A stretch of DNA of 64,000 bases from Lachnospiraceae bacterium (GTDB lineage: Bacteria; Bacillota; Clostridia; Lachnospirales; Lachnospiraceae): NCBI GenBank assembly GCA_022792885.1, contig JAAWBX010000011.1:1-64000 (forward strand), written 5' to 3'. Numbering within the stretch: position 1 is the first letter of the stretch; the number at the start of each line of letters is the position of its first letter. Positions 34,183 through 42,641 of this stretch are shown here, piece by piece. The notes under the pieces were generated by a model. That model ran no database searches. It was not told the origin of the DNA and worked only from the letters and a program-made list of their open reading frames with translations. The position numbers were made by a program, and so were the translations under genes.

Positions 34183-35390
34183 CAATTCATTTTCTCCCCG
34201 GTTAACGCGTTCACGTAATATTCTATCTTCATATCCGGCCGGCCTTCCATATCTATGGAAAAAACCCACACCGGAAACACCGTTGCATGCCCGTCCTCAT
34301 CCCACAAAGGCATCACGACATACTCCAGTTTTACTTCGTCGATCGTCAATACATGTCTGTCGTCCAGAATAATCAAAGAAAAATAATCCTTGACCGCCTG
34401 ATATGCCTGCTCCCAGGAAATGATTTCCTGCGTCTCGCTTTCCTCCACCCGAAAAATCAGCTCGCCTAAGGTAAAATACTCAAAACCGTTTTTCCCGATA
34501 TAGCCATACGCGTACATCCCTCTGGTAGACGTATCGTCCGGCAGGACAAACCCCCGCTCCCGCACCGGATCCTCTCCCAGAGAAAAAGAAACTTCAAAAT
34601 AATAGACTTCTTCTTCCGCGCTCCACTCGTCCCGAAATTCCACCGGTTTCATAATATATATATCGTAATATTCCGGATCGTTTAATTTCTCCCGGTACTC
34701 CCTTAACGTGTCCGCCGTCATGGCATACAGGCGGGCCTCCTTCACTTCCAGCTCCGGAAGCAATTCCGCCAACCGGCGAAGGATCTGTTCCCGCGCCGTC
34801 TCCCGGCTGAACCCGGACAATTCAAGTTCATATTTTTCCGTCTCGGGATCCTCCGTAATCAAATCGCGGGGAACCATGTTGCCAATATCCTTTCCCAGTT
34901 TTGATCGGTAACTGATACTCCCGCTGCTCCAGAACATATCCCCGCCCAACGCGTCCTTCACCTGGTAAATCACGCCGATAAAATCGTCGGTTTCTTCCAC
35001 GGTTCCCGCCTCGGAAGAAAACATTTTCCATAAATCTTCCACGTCAAATTCCGCCTGAATGACATGAAGAATCTCTGCCTCCCTCCCTGAGTCCGGAACC
35101 GAAAATCGCGCAACCAGACCTTTCTCGATCTCTTCCTCCCAGACTGCCGAAGCGCTTTCTTCCGTTTCCGCCCGAAACGCGGTTTCATTTTCCTTCCCGC
35201 TTTCCGGCTCGCTCTGCGCGCCCCCTGTCGCCTCATTTTGCCCCAAACCGCTTTCCTGGCTCCCGTTCACGGTCTGCTCTCCCGTTCCATAAACCTCCGC
35301 CGAAGTCTCCGCCTGATCTGCCTGACATCCGGTTAACGCTAAGAGGGCTGCCGCCAATACGGCGGCAACCCCTGTAAATCCTTTTTTCAT
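34182..35390 (-). CDS. lipoprotein (signal peptide + lipobox LTGC)
   Basis: MKKGFTGVAAVLAAALLALTGCQ; AAGGGAGG RBS. Confidence 0.65.
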   Translation of the reverse strand: MKKGFTGVAAVLAAALLALTGCQADQAETSAEVYGTGEQTVNGSQESGLGQNEATGGAQSEPESGKENETAFRAETEESASAVWEEEIEKGLVARFSVPDSGREAEILHVIQAEFDVEDLWKMFSSEAGTVEETDDFIGVIYQVKDALGGDMFWSSGSISYRSKLGKDIGNMVPRDLITEDPETEKYELELSGFSRETAREQILRRLAELLPELEVKEARLYAMTADTLREYREKLNDPEYYDIYIMKPVEFRDEWSAEEEVYYFEVSFSLGEDPVRERGFVLPDDTSTRGMYAYGYIGKNGFEYFTLGELIFRVEESETQEIISWEQAYQAVKDYFSLIILDDRHVLTIDEVKLEYVVMPLWDEDGHATVFPVWVFSIDMEGRPDMKIEYYVNALTGEKMN

Positions 35391-35401
35391 GTAAACCTCC
35401 C

Positions 35402-35830
35402 TTACGGCGTCCAGCGGCCGCCGATACTCCATGAATTTGTAGTATCCGTGGAGGCATCGTCATACTGTCCGTTTAATGTATACCAAGAACCGGCATTTGC
35501 CATTCCGCTATAATAATTCAACGTATTTCTTCCGCCCACGGAAGGCGCTCCCCCACCCTGAACAGAAAAAACTTTATAATCTGTTGCCGCAGTTCCCGCC
35601 GAACTGCGAACGCGAAATCCCACATATACCGACCCGGATGTAGGATCCATAACGATATTCTGACCAGTAACATATGCGCGTGCCTCCGAATCATCTTTTT
35701 TCGCAGCAGCAGACTGATTTTTTTCATTCACTTTCCTAAACCAAAAGCCAAAATCCTGCGTCGTAGCAGAAGCTACACTTCCGACTGTCAAAAGCAACGC
35801 AATTACATATACTACTACTCTTTTTCTCAT
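35402..35830 (-). CDS. small secreted protein, paralog of 35854-36300 (bacteriocin-like candidate)
   Basis: signal peptide ...VGSVASA; shared motifs Y(V/A)GFRVR(S/E)S(A/T)G(T/A)AAT(D/G)Y(K/H)VF(S/T)V and C-terminal (G/I)G(R/K)WTP. Confidence 0.6.
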   Translation of the reverse strand: MRKRVVVYVIALLLTVGSVASATTQDFGFWFRKVNEKNQSAAAKKDDSEARAYVTGQNIVMDPTSGSVYVGFRVRSSAGTAATDYKVFSVQGGGAPSVGGRNTLNYYSGMANAGSWYTLNGQYDDASTDTTNSWSIGGRWTP

Positions 35831-35853
35831 ATCCTATAGCCTCCTTATATTAT

Positions 35854-36300
35854 TTATGGTGTCCATTTACCTATCGTTTGCATCGGCGTTGTATCCTGTG
35901 ATTCATCATCATATTGCCCATACAATTCATAATTCCTCCCGGCAACACCTGTTCTGACCGTATAAGCAAATTTGTGACGTCCTATAAAATCCGCATATTT
36001 ATAGGTAAAACCCTGATTCGTAAGTACCGTAAACACATGATACCCGGTCGCTGCCGCCCCAGTCGATTCTCTTACGCGAAAACCGGCATATTGCGCCGTT
36101 TCCCCATGACTAAAAACCTCGACTCCCGTCATGTAAGCATACTGTTCATTGTCATCCTTCACCGCTATACCCGAAGATTCTTTTTGATTGACCCATGAAA
36201 ATGTAAAATAATATGACCTGGTTTCCGCAGAGGCCACCATAGGCAACGCCAACAACAATATTATACCGATTAAAATACTTCGAAACCTTAACCTCTTCAT
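35854..36300 (-). CDS. small secreted protein, paralog of 35402-35830
   Basis: signal peptide MKRLRFRSILIGIILLLALPMVASA; AAGAGGTGAA RBS. Confidence 0.6.
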   Translation of the reverse strand: MKRLRFRSILIGIILLLALPMVASAETRSYYFTFSWVNQKESSGIAVKDDNEQYAYMTGVEVFSHGETAQYAGFRVRESTGAAATGYHVFTVLTNQGFTYKYADFIGRHKFAYTVRTGVAGRNYELYGQYDDESQDTTPMQTIGKWTP

Positions 36301-36431
36301 CCTTAAATTCACCTCTTTTCTCTTAAAAATATTCAATTTCCCTACCGTCGCCTGATAAGGACATATGTGCTCTTGTCAAATAACGATATATTTAAAACAT
36401 ACCACAAATCCATCCTGTTTTCCCATTACCC

Positions 36432-36482
36432 GTACAAAATGCACAAAAAACTACATGAAATGCAGTGCCATTATATAATTCC
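36432..36482 (-). promoter_or_regulatory. LytTR-type direct-repeat promoter element (copy 1) upstream of secreted-protein/ABC operon
   Basis: TGCATTT repeats 21 bp apart; 51-bp element ~80% identical to 38015-38065. Confidence 0.5.
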
Positions 36483-36624
36483 ACCGCCGGCCGTTTTTCT
36501 GCTTTTCACATAAAGAAAGAGCCATCGTTCCAGGATGATTCTTCACCCTTTCACGACAGCTCCGTTCTATCAGATTCCGTTTCCTTACCGGTTACATCAT
36601 TCGCCGGGGACTCTTTGTTCTTTA

Positions 36625-37128
36625 TCACTCAAAATCCGTACGTTTTCGATCCATAAGCAGATAACCGGTTAAGACAAGGCAGAACATCAGCCCCGGCAGC
36701 CGTTTCATATAAAGAAAATAAAACTCGGCATAGTACTTAATCCAGACAAAAATCGGAAGATATACGATCAGGACTCCCAACGGCACTCCGATTTTCCGTT
36801 TCAGGCTCAGCTTTTTGGTAAGCAAGTAATACCCCATCCCCATTGCTTCAAAAAACAGAAAAAACTTCTCCAGCAAATAAGACACGTCCCTTATCCGATC
36901 TTCCCGTATCCTTATCTCTTCCGGTTTCTCCTGAGCCGCCTCCAGATGATCGAGCCATTCTTCTGCCGCCGGAAACGGCCGAAACAGATCTCCTCCGATT
37001 ACCTCCACGGAATGAAACACAGTGAAGAAAAGAAGAAAAAAGAAAATATGCAAAACAACGATCACAACGCATCCCATTTTTAGTAATCTCTCATTGATTG
37101 AATCCGACTTTACATATACCTTTCTCAA
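36625..37128 (-). CDS. integral membrane protein (possible immunity-type protein)
   Basis: 4 hydrophobic helices; overlaps upstream secreted-protein gene by 4 nt. Confidence 0.45.
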   Translation of the reverse strand: MRKVYVKSDSINERLLKMGCVVIVVLHIFFFLLFFTVFHSVEVIGGDLFRPFPAAEEWLDHLEAAQEKPEEIRIREDRIRDVSYLLEKFFLFFEAMGMGYYLLTKKLSLKRKIGVPLGVLIVYLPIFVWIKYYAEFYFLYMKRLPGLMFCLVLTGYLLMDRKRTDFE

Positions 37129-37853
37129 TATCCAACACCATTATAATGTGAATGCCCATTTTTCGGAAAAGGACTTTTAGATATATTAGTAGCTCCAGTC
37201 TCTACTATTGCGTTCGGATATGAACCCCATCCAACCAAAACAGAACTATTACTCATAGTCGCAGGCTCATGTACAGACATTATATATGCTCTTCCACCTG
37301 CTCTATCAATGCTACTTTTTGCACTCTCAGTTACTCTACTACTCATCGCAAACAAAACACTAAAAGGATACCCCCAGTTTGGAACAAATCCAAGAACTGT
37401 TGATATTACCGTCTGTGCCACCGTACTTCCCGAAGTAAGTACATATTTGTAAGTACATCCTAGATCCATGTAAGTAATCGCCACTTGCGGCCCCAAAGAA
37501 GACGTATATCCAACCGTCCCTCCATAAGGAAAATTATAACTCGTAGAAGATATACTATTCACTGAATATCCATATTCACGATAAACTTCCCTTTCAATTT
37601 CCGGAGCCAGCAACAGCTTATACATTTCAAACATATTTTCTGCACCCTGTGCTTTTAATTGTTCATATACAAGCACATACACTTCACTTTCCTTCTCATG
37701 TATTTTGGAAAGTAAAATTCTCTCGTTGATCGCTCCAACATTCGCCACACTCTCCATATCATCTTTTTCCTCTGTGGCATAAGCAGGAAAACTAAACGAT
37801 ATACATAAACAAAATGCCAATATAAAGCTTACTATTTTCTTGATTCTTTGCAT
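37125..37853 (-). CDS. secreted protein with signal peptide, unknown function
   Basis: MQRIKKIVSFILAFCLCISFSFPAYA signal peptide; AAAGGAGAAG RBS; low GC. Confidence 0.55.
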   Translation of the reverse strand: MQRIKKIVSFILAFCLCISFSFPAYATEEKDDMESVANVGAINERILLSKIHEKESEVYVLVYEQLKAQGAENMFEMYKLLLAPEIEREVYREYGYSVNSISSTSYNFPYGGTVGYTSSLGPQVAITYMDLGCTYKYVLTSGSTVAQTVISTVLGFVPNWGYPFSVLFAMSSRVTESAKSSIDRAGGRAYIMSVHEPATMSNSSVLVGWGSYPNAIVETGATNISKSPFPKNGHSHYNGVGY

Positions 37854-38014
37854 AAAGTCTTCTCCTTTCGATTTTCTAATACCAAATAATGAAACCCAAA
37901 ACCTCTCTATCAATTTTATCACTTTATACAAGTGAACTTTAGAGAATAATTTTTATTCATCACCCCTTTCTTAACTAAAATATATCATAAACCAAAAACA
38001 TTTTTTTGTTATAT

Positions 38015-38065
38015 GTACAAAATGCATAAAAAACTACATAAAATGCAGATCCTTCTTATAATTCC
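38015..38065 (-). promoter_or_regulatory. LytTR-type direct-repeat promoter element (copy 2)
   Basis: same TGCATTT-n14-TGCATTT element, overlapping 3' end of response regulator gene, ~85 bp upstream of 37853 start. Confidence 0.5.
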
Positions 38066-38732
38066 GGCTGACCGCGACCATATCCCCGTTTTCCATCAAA
38101 AGCACATCCCCCTGCCTGCCCTTCACGTTGCGAACGTTGATCAGACAATTCTTTCTTACATAACAAAAATCCTCGCCCAATTCTTCTTTCAGGCTCCGGA
38201 GATTACGTCCGATATAAAAATCCCTCTCCTTCAGACAGACCCTGCATTGACGTCCTTCCGCCTGCACATAGCAGATCTCCTCCCGCATCACGGCCTCCCA
38301 GCCGCCGCGGAATGTTTTCAGAACCATGCGCCCCGAGGCTTCCTTCCAGCGCCCGTACAGCTTCCGGACGATCTTCGCCAGCTTTTCCCGATAGTCGCTC
38401 TTCAGCAAATAGTGATGCGCGTCCACGTCGTAACCCCGGATTGCGCCTTTTGCACTATGCGCCAGAAAGACGATCGGCACCTGCCGGTCCCTCTTACGTA
38501 TCTCCTCCGCCGCCGCAAATCCGTCCATCCCGCCTCGTTCCCCCGGTCCGATATCTAAAATATAAAAATCATACCTTTTTTCTTCCAATTCATACAACAA
38601 ATCCTCCGCGTCCCGGGTCTTAAAAACCTTCATCCGGATTTCCTGCCCTTTCGCGATCTCTTCCAAAACCGCGCAGGTATTCTCCAGATCTTCCTTTCGA
38701 CTGTCCAATACGGCCACCCGAAATTCTTTCAT
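38034..38732 (-). CDS. LytTR-family response regulator (REC + LytTR DNA-binding domain)
   Basis: REC domain with phospho-acceptor region YILDIGPGE; C-terminal LytTR domain; no adjacent histidine kinase. Confidence 0.8.
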   Translation of the reverse strand: MKEFRVAVLDSRKEDLENTCAVLEEIAKGQEIRMKVFKTRDAEDLLYELEEKRYDFYILDIGPGERGGMDGFAAAEEIRKRDRQVPIVFLAHSAKGAIRGYDVDAHHYLLKSDYREKLAKIVRKLYGRWKEASGRMVLKTFRGGWEAVMREEICYVQAEGRQCRVCLKERDFYIGRNLRSLKEELGEDFCYVRKNCLINVRNVKGRQGDVLLMENGDMVAVSRNYKKDLHFM

Positions 38733-38801
38733 TGTACAAATCCCCCTTGTATCTTCCGATTGCTTCCTCTTTTTATTTACATTTCGTAATCATTCCATGC
38801 C

Positions 38802-38835
38802 GCAATACAGGGGAGCCGAACTCCCCCTGTATCGC
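38802..38835. promoter_or_regulatory. 14-bp-arm palindrome containing TACA...TGTA, candidate BlaI/CopY-type operator or terminator hairpin
   Basis: GCAATACAGGGGAG-CCGAA-CTCCCCCTGTATCGC between blaI-like gene and LytTR regulator gene. Confidence 0.35.
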
Positions 38836-38861
38836 AAAACCATCCCCCTTACCCGAACGGG

Positions 38862-39242
38862 TTACTTGTCCCAATCGCGCAGCATATCCTCGATCTTCTG
38901 CATATCCCCCTCCGTCAGATTCGTCATATCCGCAAAAGCCGCCACCAGAGAAAATGAATCCGCGCCAAACAGACGTTTCTCCAGTATCCGGAGTTCCAGT
39001 CTCATATACTCTTCCCGTGTGACAAGCGGCCGATAAAACGAAGTACCGCTCTTCACAAACCCTTCGACCAGTTTCCGCTTCTTCAATCTCAGAAGCCAGG
39101 TGGAAACCGTCGGCCGGCTGTACTCCCTTCCCTTACGCCTCTCCAGTTCCTTCTTGATCTTTTTCTGCTCGGTCGTCCCTCCGAAATCCCAGAGTACCTG
39201 CATCACATCCAGCTCACAGTCCGCTAATCCTCTTAACATCAT
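38862..39242 (-). CDS. BlaI/MecI/CopY-family transcriptional repressor
   Basis: winged-helix N-term LADCELDVMQVLWDFGGTTEQKKIKKELE...SRPTVSTWLLRLKKRKLV. Confidence 0.75.
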   Translation of the reverse strand: MMLRGLADCELDVMQVLWDFGGTTEQKKIKKELERRKGREYSRPTVSTWLLRLKKRKLVEGFVKSGTSFYRPLVTREEYMRLELRILEKRLFGADSFSLVAAFADMTNLTEGDMQKIEDMLRDWDK

Positions 39243-39466
39243 TCTTCCCTTTCGCGATTTTTTGTGCCTTTATCCAATTTTCATATTTATCCCCTGTAAT
39301 CACTTTACCATATTTCGACAACGTCTACAACCGGTTTTTGTATTTAGCCCTCCGTCCTGTTTAAACCCCAAAAAAGAGGCAAAAATAAAAACAGCCGGAC
39401 TTGCGAAGCATTGACATCCCAAAAACCGGCGTTCATTCAAAATCTGTTATGAAAGGAAATATCACC

Positions 39467-40156
39467 ATGATTTTTTCAACTGCGAACCCCTCGCCCTCGC
39501 GGCATCCCCTATTGCCGGACATACATATCAAACGCCGAAAAACCGTTCTGCTTCTGGGCCTGATCCTCCTGTGCCTCGGAAGCGGCCTTCTATATTTCTC
39601 TTTCCGCCGTATGGAGGCGGCCGCCGGACGGATCGCGAATCAGATCCTGCGTTTCCATGTCATCGCCAACAGCAATTCCGCCGAAGACCAGGCTTTAAAG
39701 CTGGAAGTAAAAGAAGCCCTGCTGGCTGTTCTGAACGAGAGCCCGGCTTCCTCCCGGGAAGAAATGAAATCCTATATCCGGGATCACAAAGAAGAGCTGA
39801 CCGCCGTCGCTCAAAAACTTCTCCGCGAAAAAGGAAAGGATTACCCGGTTCGGATAACCCTGACAAACACGTATTTTCCCACAAAAGTCTACGGCGACCT
39901 GACGTTCCCCTGCGGCGCTTACGACGCTCTAAAAGTGGAAATCGGACAGGCCGCCGGCAAAAACTGGTGGTGCGTACTCTACCCGCCCCTATGTTTCGCG
40001 GATGTGACCACCGGTTTCGTACCCGAAGATTCCAGAGAAGAACTCCGGGAAGTCCTGACCGACGAAGACTACGCCAGCTTAGAGCCCGGCGCACCGGAAG
40101 TCACATTCGGTTTCCGCCTTCTGGAATTGTGGGAGAAATGGTTCCCGGCTTCTTAA
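39467..40156 (+). CDS. spoIIR: stage II sporulation protein R
   Basis: RFHVIANSNSAEDQALKLEVK... and NWWCVLYPPLCF signature; alternative upstream starts at 39401/39449. Confidence 0.85.
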   Translation: MIFSTANPSPSRHPLLPDIHIKRRKTVLLLGLILLCLGSGLLYFSFRRMEAAAGRIANQILRFHVIANSNSAEDQALKLEVKEALLAVLNESPASSREEMKSYIRDHKEELTAVAQKLLREKGKDYPVRITLTNTYFPTKVYGDLTFPCGAYDALKVEIGQAAGKNWWCVLYPPLCFADVTTGFVPEDSREELREVLTDEDYASLEPGAPEVTFGFRLLELWEKWFPAS

Positions 40157-40821
40157 AATTCCTCGATCTTCTTCATGACAATGATCTCCTGAGCCCTGAT
40201 ATGGCTCCGGATGGCCTTCGTCGCCGCATCGCCGTCCCGGCGGCGAAGAGCCTCCAGAATCTCGCGATGCCCTTCGATCAAAGCGTTTCGTTTTGTTTTC
40301 TCCTTCAAATGTTCAATGCGGAAGCGGTACATCTGCTCCCGCATTTGCATCTCCAACTGAACCAACCGCATATTGTCCGAAGCTTTATAAATAATATCAT
40401 GAAAATGTTCGTCGGCTTCCGCCATCTTCACGATGTCCTCGCCGGAAGCGGTCTCGGCAAATTCCTTGTTGGCCTCCAAAAGCGCTGCAAAATCTTCCTC
40501 TTCCATGCGAAGACAGGAAAGCTGCACGGCCAGTTCTTCCAGAGCCAGCCTGACCTCCAGCACATCCTTCAGATTCTTGCCGGAGATCTTCGCCACCACC
40601 GCGCCGCGCCTTGGAATCATGATGGCCAGCCCGTCCTGCTCCAGCATCCGAATCGCTTCCCGGACCGGCGTGCGGCTCACACCCAGTTGTTCCGCCAACT
40701 GAATCTCCATCAGCCTCTGACCCGGCACCAATTCCCCCCGGAGGATCGCCTGACGCAGTTTCTGGAACGCTACGTCCCTCAGAGGCAGATAGTCGTCCGC
40801 CTTCGCGTTTAAATAGCTCAT
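40153..40821 (-). CDS. GntR-family (FadR/FCD subfamily) transcriptional regulator
   Basis: GntR HTH LMEIQLAEQLGVSRTPVREAIRMLE + FCD domain; ATGA overlap with ispE. Confidence 0.85.
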   Translation of the reverse strand: MSYLNAKADDYLPLRDVAFQKLRQAILRGELVPGQRLMEIQLAEQLGVSRTPVREAIRMLEQDGLAIMIPRRGAVVAKISGKNLKDVLEVRLALEELAVQLSCLRMEEEDFAALLEANKEFAETASGEDIVKMAEADEHFHDIIYKASDNMRLVQLEMQMREQMYRFRIEHLKEKTKRNALIEGHREILEALRRRDGDAATKAIRSHIRAQEIIVMKKIEEF

Positions 40822-41732
40822 ACATTCTCCTCCCTTTCCTTCGCATATTTTACGGAACCGTTCCCGGACGGATAAAAGCTTGTCTGAAACACATTTCTGG
40901 CGCAGCGCGTCTTCCTGAGCGCCGCCGCGCAGGCCGCCGCCTCCTCCGGTTCCTCAAATATCCCGAACACCGTGGGGCCGCTTCCGCTCATCATCGCCCC
41001 CAGTGCGCCCTGCGCAAGCATGACCCGTTTCATCTCGTCAATCACCGGATGAGCCGGTATCGTCACGTCTTCCAGGACGTTTCCCATCTTCCGGCAAAGT
41101 TCTTTCAGATCTTTCGTCTTAAGACAGTCGATCAGGCCGTCGATATCCGGATGTTCCCGGATCTCGTCAACTTTCAAATGGCCGTATACCCACTTTGTCG
41201 ACACGCCGGCGTTCGGCCTCGCAATCACCAGAGAAGCCTCCGGCGGCGACGGCAACGAAGTTAAACGCTCGCCGATTCCTTCCGCCAAAGCCGTCCCCCG
41301 CATCAGGCAGTAAGGGATATCCGCGCCCAGAAGAACGCCTCTCTCCTGAAGTTCTTCTAAGGACAGCCCCAGCCGGTACATTCGGTTTACGCCATAAAGA
41401 ACCGCCGCCGCGTCCGCGCTTCCGCCCGCCATACCGGCCGCGATCGGAATTCGCTTGTCCAGCGTAATCAGAAGGCCGTCCTTCCGGCCAAACTCCTTTC
41501 TCAGAAGGTCGGCGGCTTTATAGGCCAGATTGTTCTCGTTCAGCGGCAGATAAGTCCGATTCTTCGACACGATCCGGATGCCTTCCCCGTCGTCCTGCCG
41601 CAAGGTAATATGATCAAACAGGCCGACCGTCTGCATGATCATCTTCACTTCATGGTAACCGTCCTCCCGCCTGCGTACCACGTCCAGACCCAGGTTGATC
41701 TTGCCCCTGGCCTTGATATGCATTTCTCTCAT
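40818..41732 (-). CDS. ispE: 4-diphosphocytidyl-2-C-methyl-D-erythritol kinase
   Basis: ARGKINLGLDVVRRREDGYHEV..., GHMP kinase motif PIAAGMAGGSADAAA. Confidence 0.9.
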   Translation of the reverse strand: MREMHIKARGKINLGLDVVRRREDGYHEVKMIMQTVGLFDHITLRQDDGEGIRIVSKNRTYLPLNENNLAYKAADLLRKEFGRKDGLLITLDKRIPIAAGMAGGSADAAAVLYGVNRMYRLGLSLEELQERGVLLGADIPYCLMRGTALAEGIGERLTSLPSPPEASLVIARPNAGVSTKWVYGHLKVDEIREHPDIDGLIDCLKTKDLKELCRKMGNVLEDVTIPAHPVIDEMKRVMLAQGALGAMMSGSGPTVFGIFEEPEEAAACAAALRKTRCARNVFQTSFYPSGNGSVKYAKEREENV

Positions 41733-41741
41733 CCGTACTCC

Positions 41742-42575
41742 TTATTCCCGGCTTAATTTTCCGTTCTCCGCCGCGTTGACCGCGTCCAGCGACATCTTCA
41801 TGATCTCCTGCACCATCTCCTCCGGCACGTTCAGCCGACCCGCCAGTTCCGCCACCGTCGCCTCTCTTCCCAGCTCTTCGGCCATCTCCGTCGAGACGCG
41901 CAAAAGCGTATTTGCCTGATCGGCCAGAAAACTTCCGACGCCTTTTCTTCCGCCGTCCTCCTCCAAAACCGCTTCTAAAGCCTTCCGGATCTCACCCTCC
42001 AGATAGCGGTCCAAATCGCCTCCCACATATTCGTCGAGCGCGAGAATCAGGGCCATATTCCCCTCCTGGATCAGATCGGCCTCGCTCACGCCGCGCCCGC
42101 CGTACTCGCCGGCAACCCGGGCCGCCAGAGCCAGTTTCCCCTCGATCAGCCGTTCTCTCGCCTCCCTGTCTCCGTCCGACATCCGGGCGATCAGACACGT
42201 CTCTTCCTCCCCGGACAGAGGAAGGACGGCGGACAACTCTTCCCGATACGCATTTAAAAAAACGGAGCCCGACTCGGCCGCAGAGCTTTCCTTCGCATCC
42301 CCGTCCTCCCTGCCGGCCAGCCTTCTCACCACGCCCGCGTTCGTCACATGGCCGCTCACCTCGACCTGATTCAATTCCAGATAATGATAGATCAGATCCC
42401 ACTGCTCCCCCGTCAGCGTCAGATCCTCAAAACACCCCTGAACCTGTTCCCTGGAAACCCGGTTGCCCTCTGTCGCGGCTATCTGTAAAAGGAGATTCAA
42501 ACTCTCCCGAAATTGTCCTTTCTCATCCATAGCAAACCTCTCCATCGTCCTCTTTTCTTGTATACAATTTACCAC
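41742..42575 (-). CDS. sigma-70-like protein containing region 2.1-2.2 and 3-like segments but lacking recognisable region 2.4/4
   Basis: EADLIQEGNMALILALDEY resembles sigma-70 region 2.2 (DLIQEGNIGLMKAVDKFD); acidic N-terminus. Confidence 0.4.
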   Translation of the reverse strand: MVNCIQEKRTMERFAMDEKGQFRESLNLLLQIAATEGNRVSREQVQGCFEDLTLTGEQWDLIYHYLELNQVEVSGHVTNAGVVRRLAGREDGDAKESSAAESGSVFLNAYREELSAVLPLSGEEETCLIARMSDGDREARERLIEGKLALAARVAGEYGGRGVSEADLIQEGNMALILALDEYVGGDLDRYLEGEIRKALEAVLEEDGGRKGVGSFLADQANTLLRVSTEMAEELGREATVAELAGRLNVPEEMVQEIMKMSLDAVNAAENGKLSRE

Positions 42576-42641
42576 GTTTTGTATTTATTTGCAAACAATA
42601 TTTAAATACTTTTCCAAATATTTCTGAAATCTTCATGTTTT

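Noticed and set aside
36465-36656. 63-aa plus-strand ORF starting inside the LytTR-type promoter element
   Set aside because: Its start codon is part of the conserved promoter element. It has no RBS and a low-complexity product.
38013-38558. 181-aa plus-strand ORF overlapping the LytTR regulator gene
   Set aside because: Antisense to a well-supported response-regulator gene.
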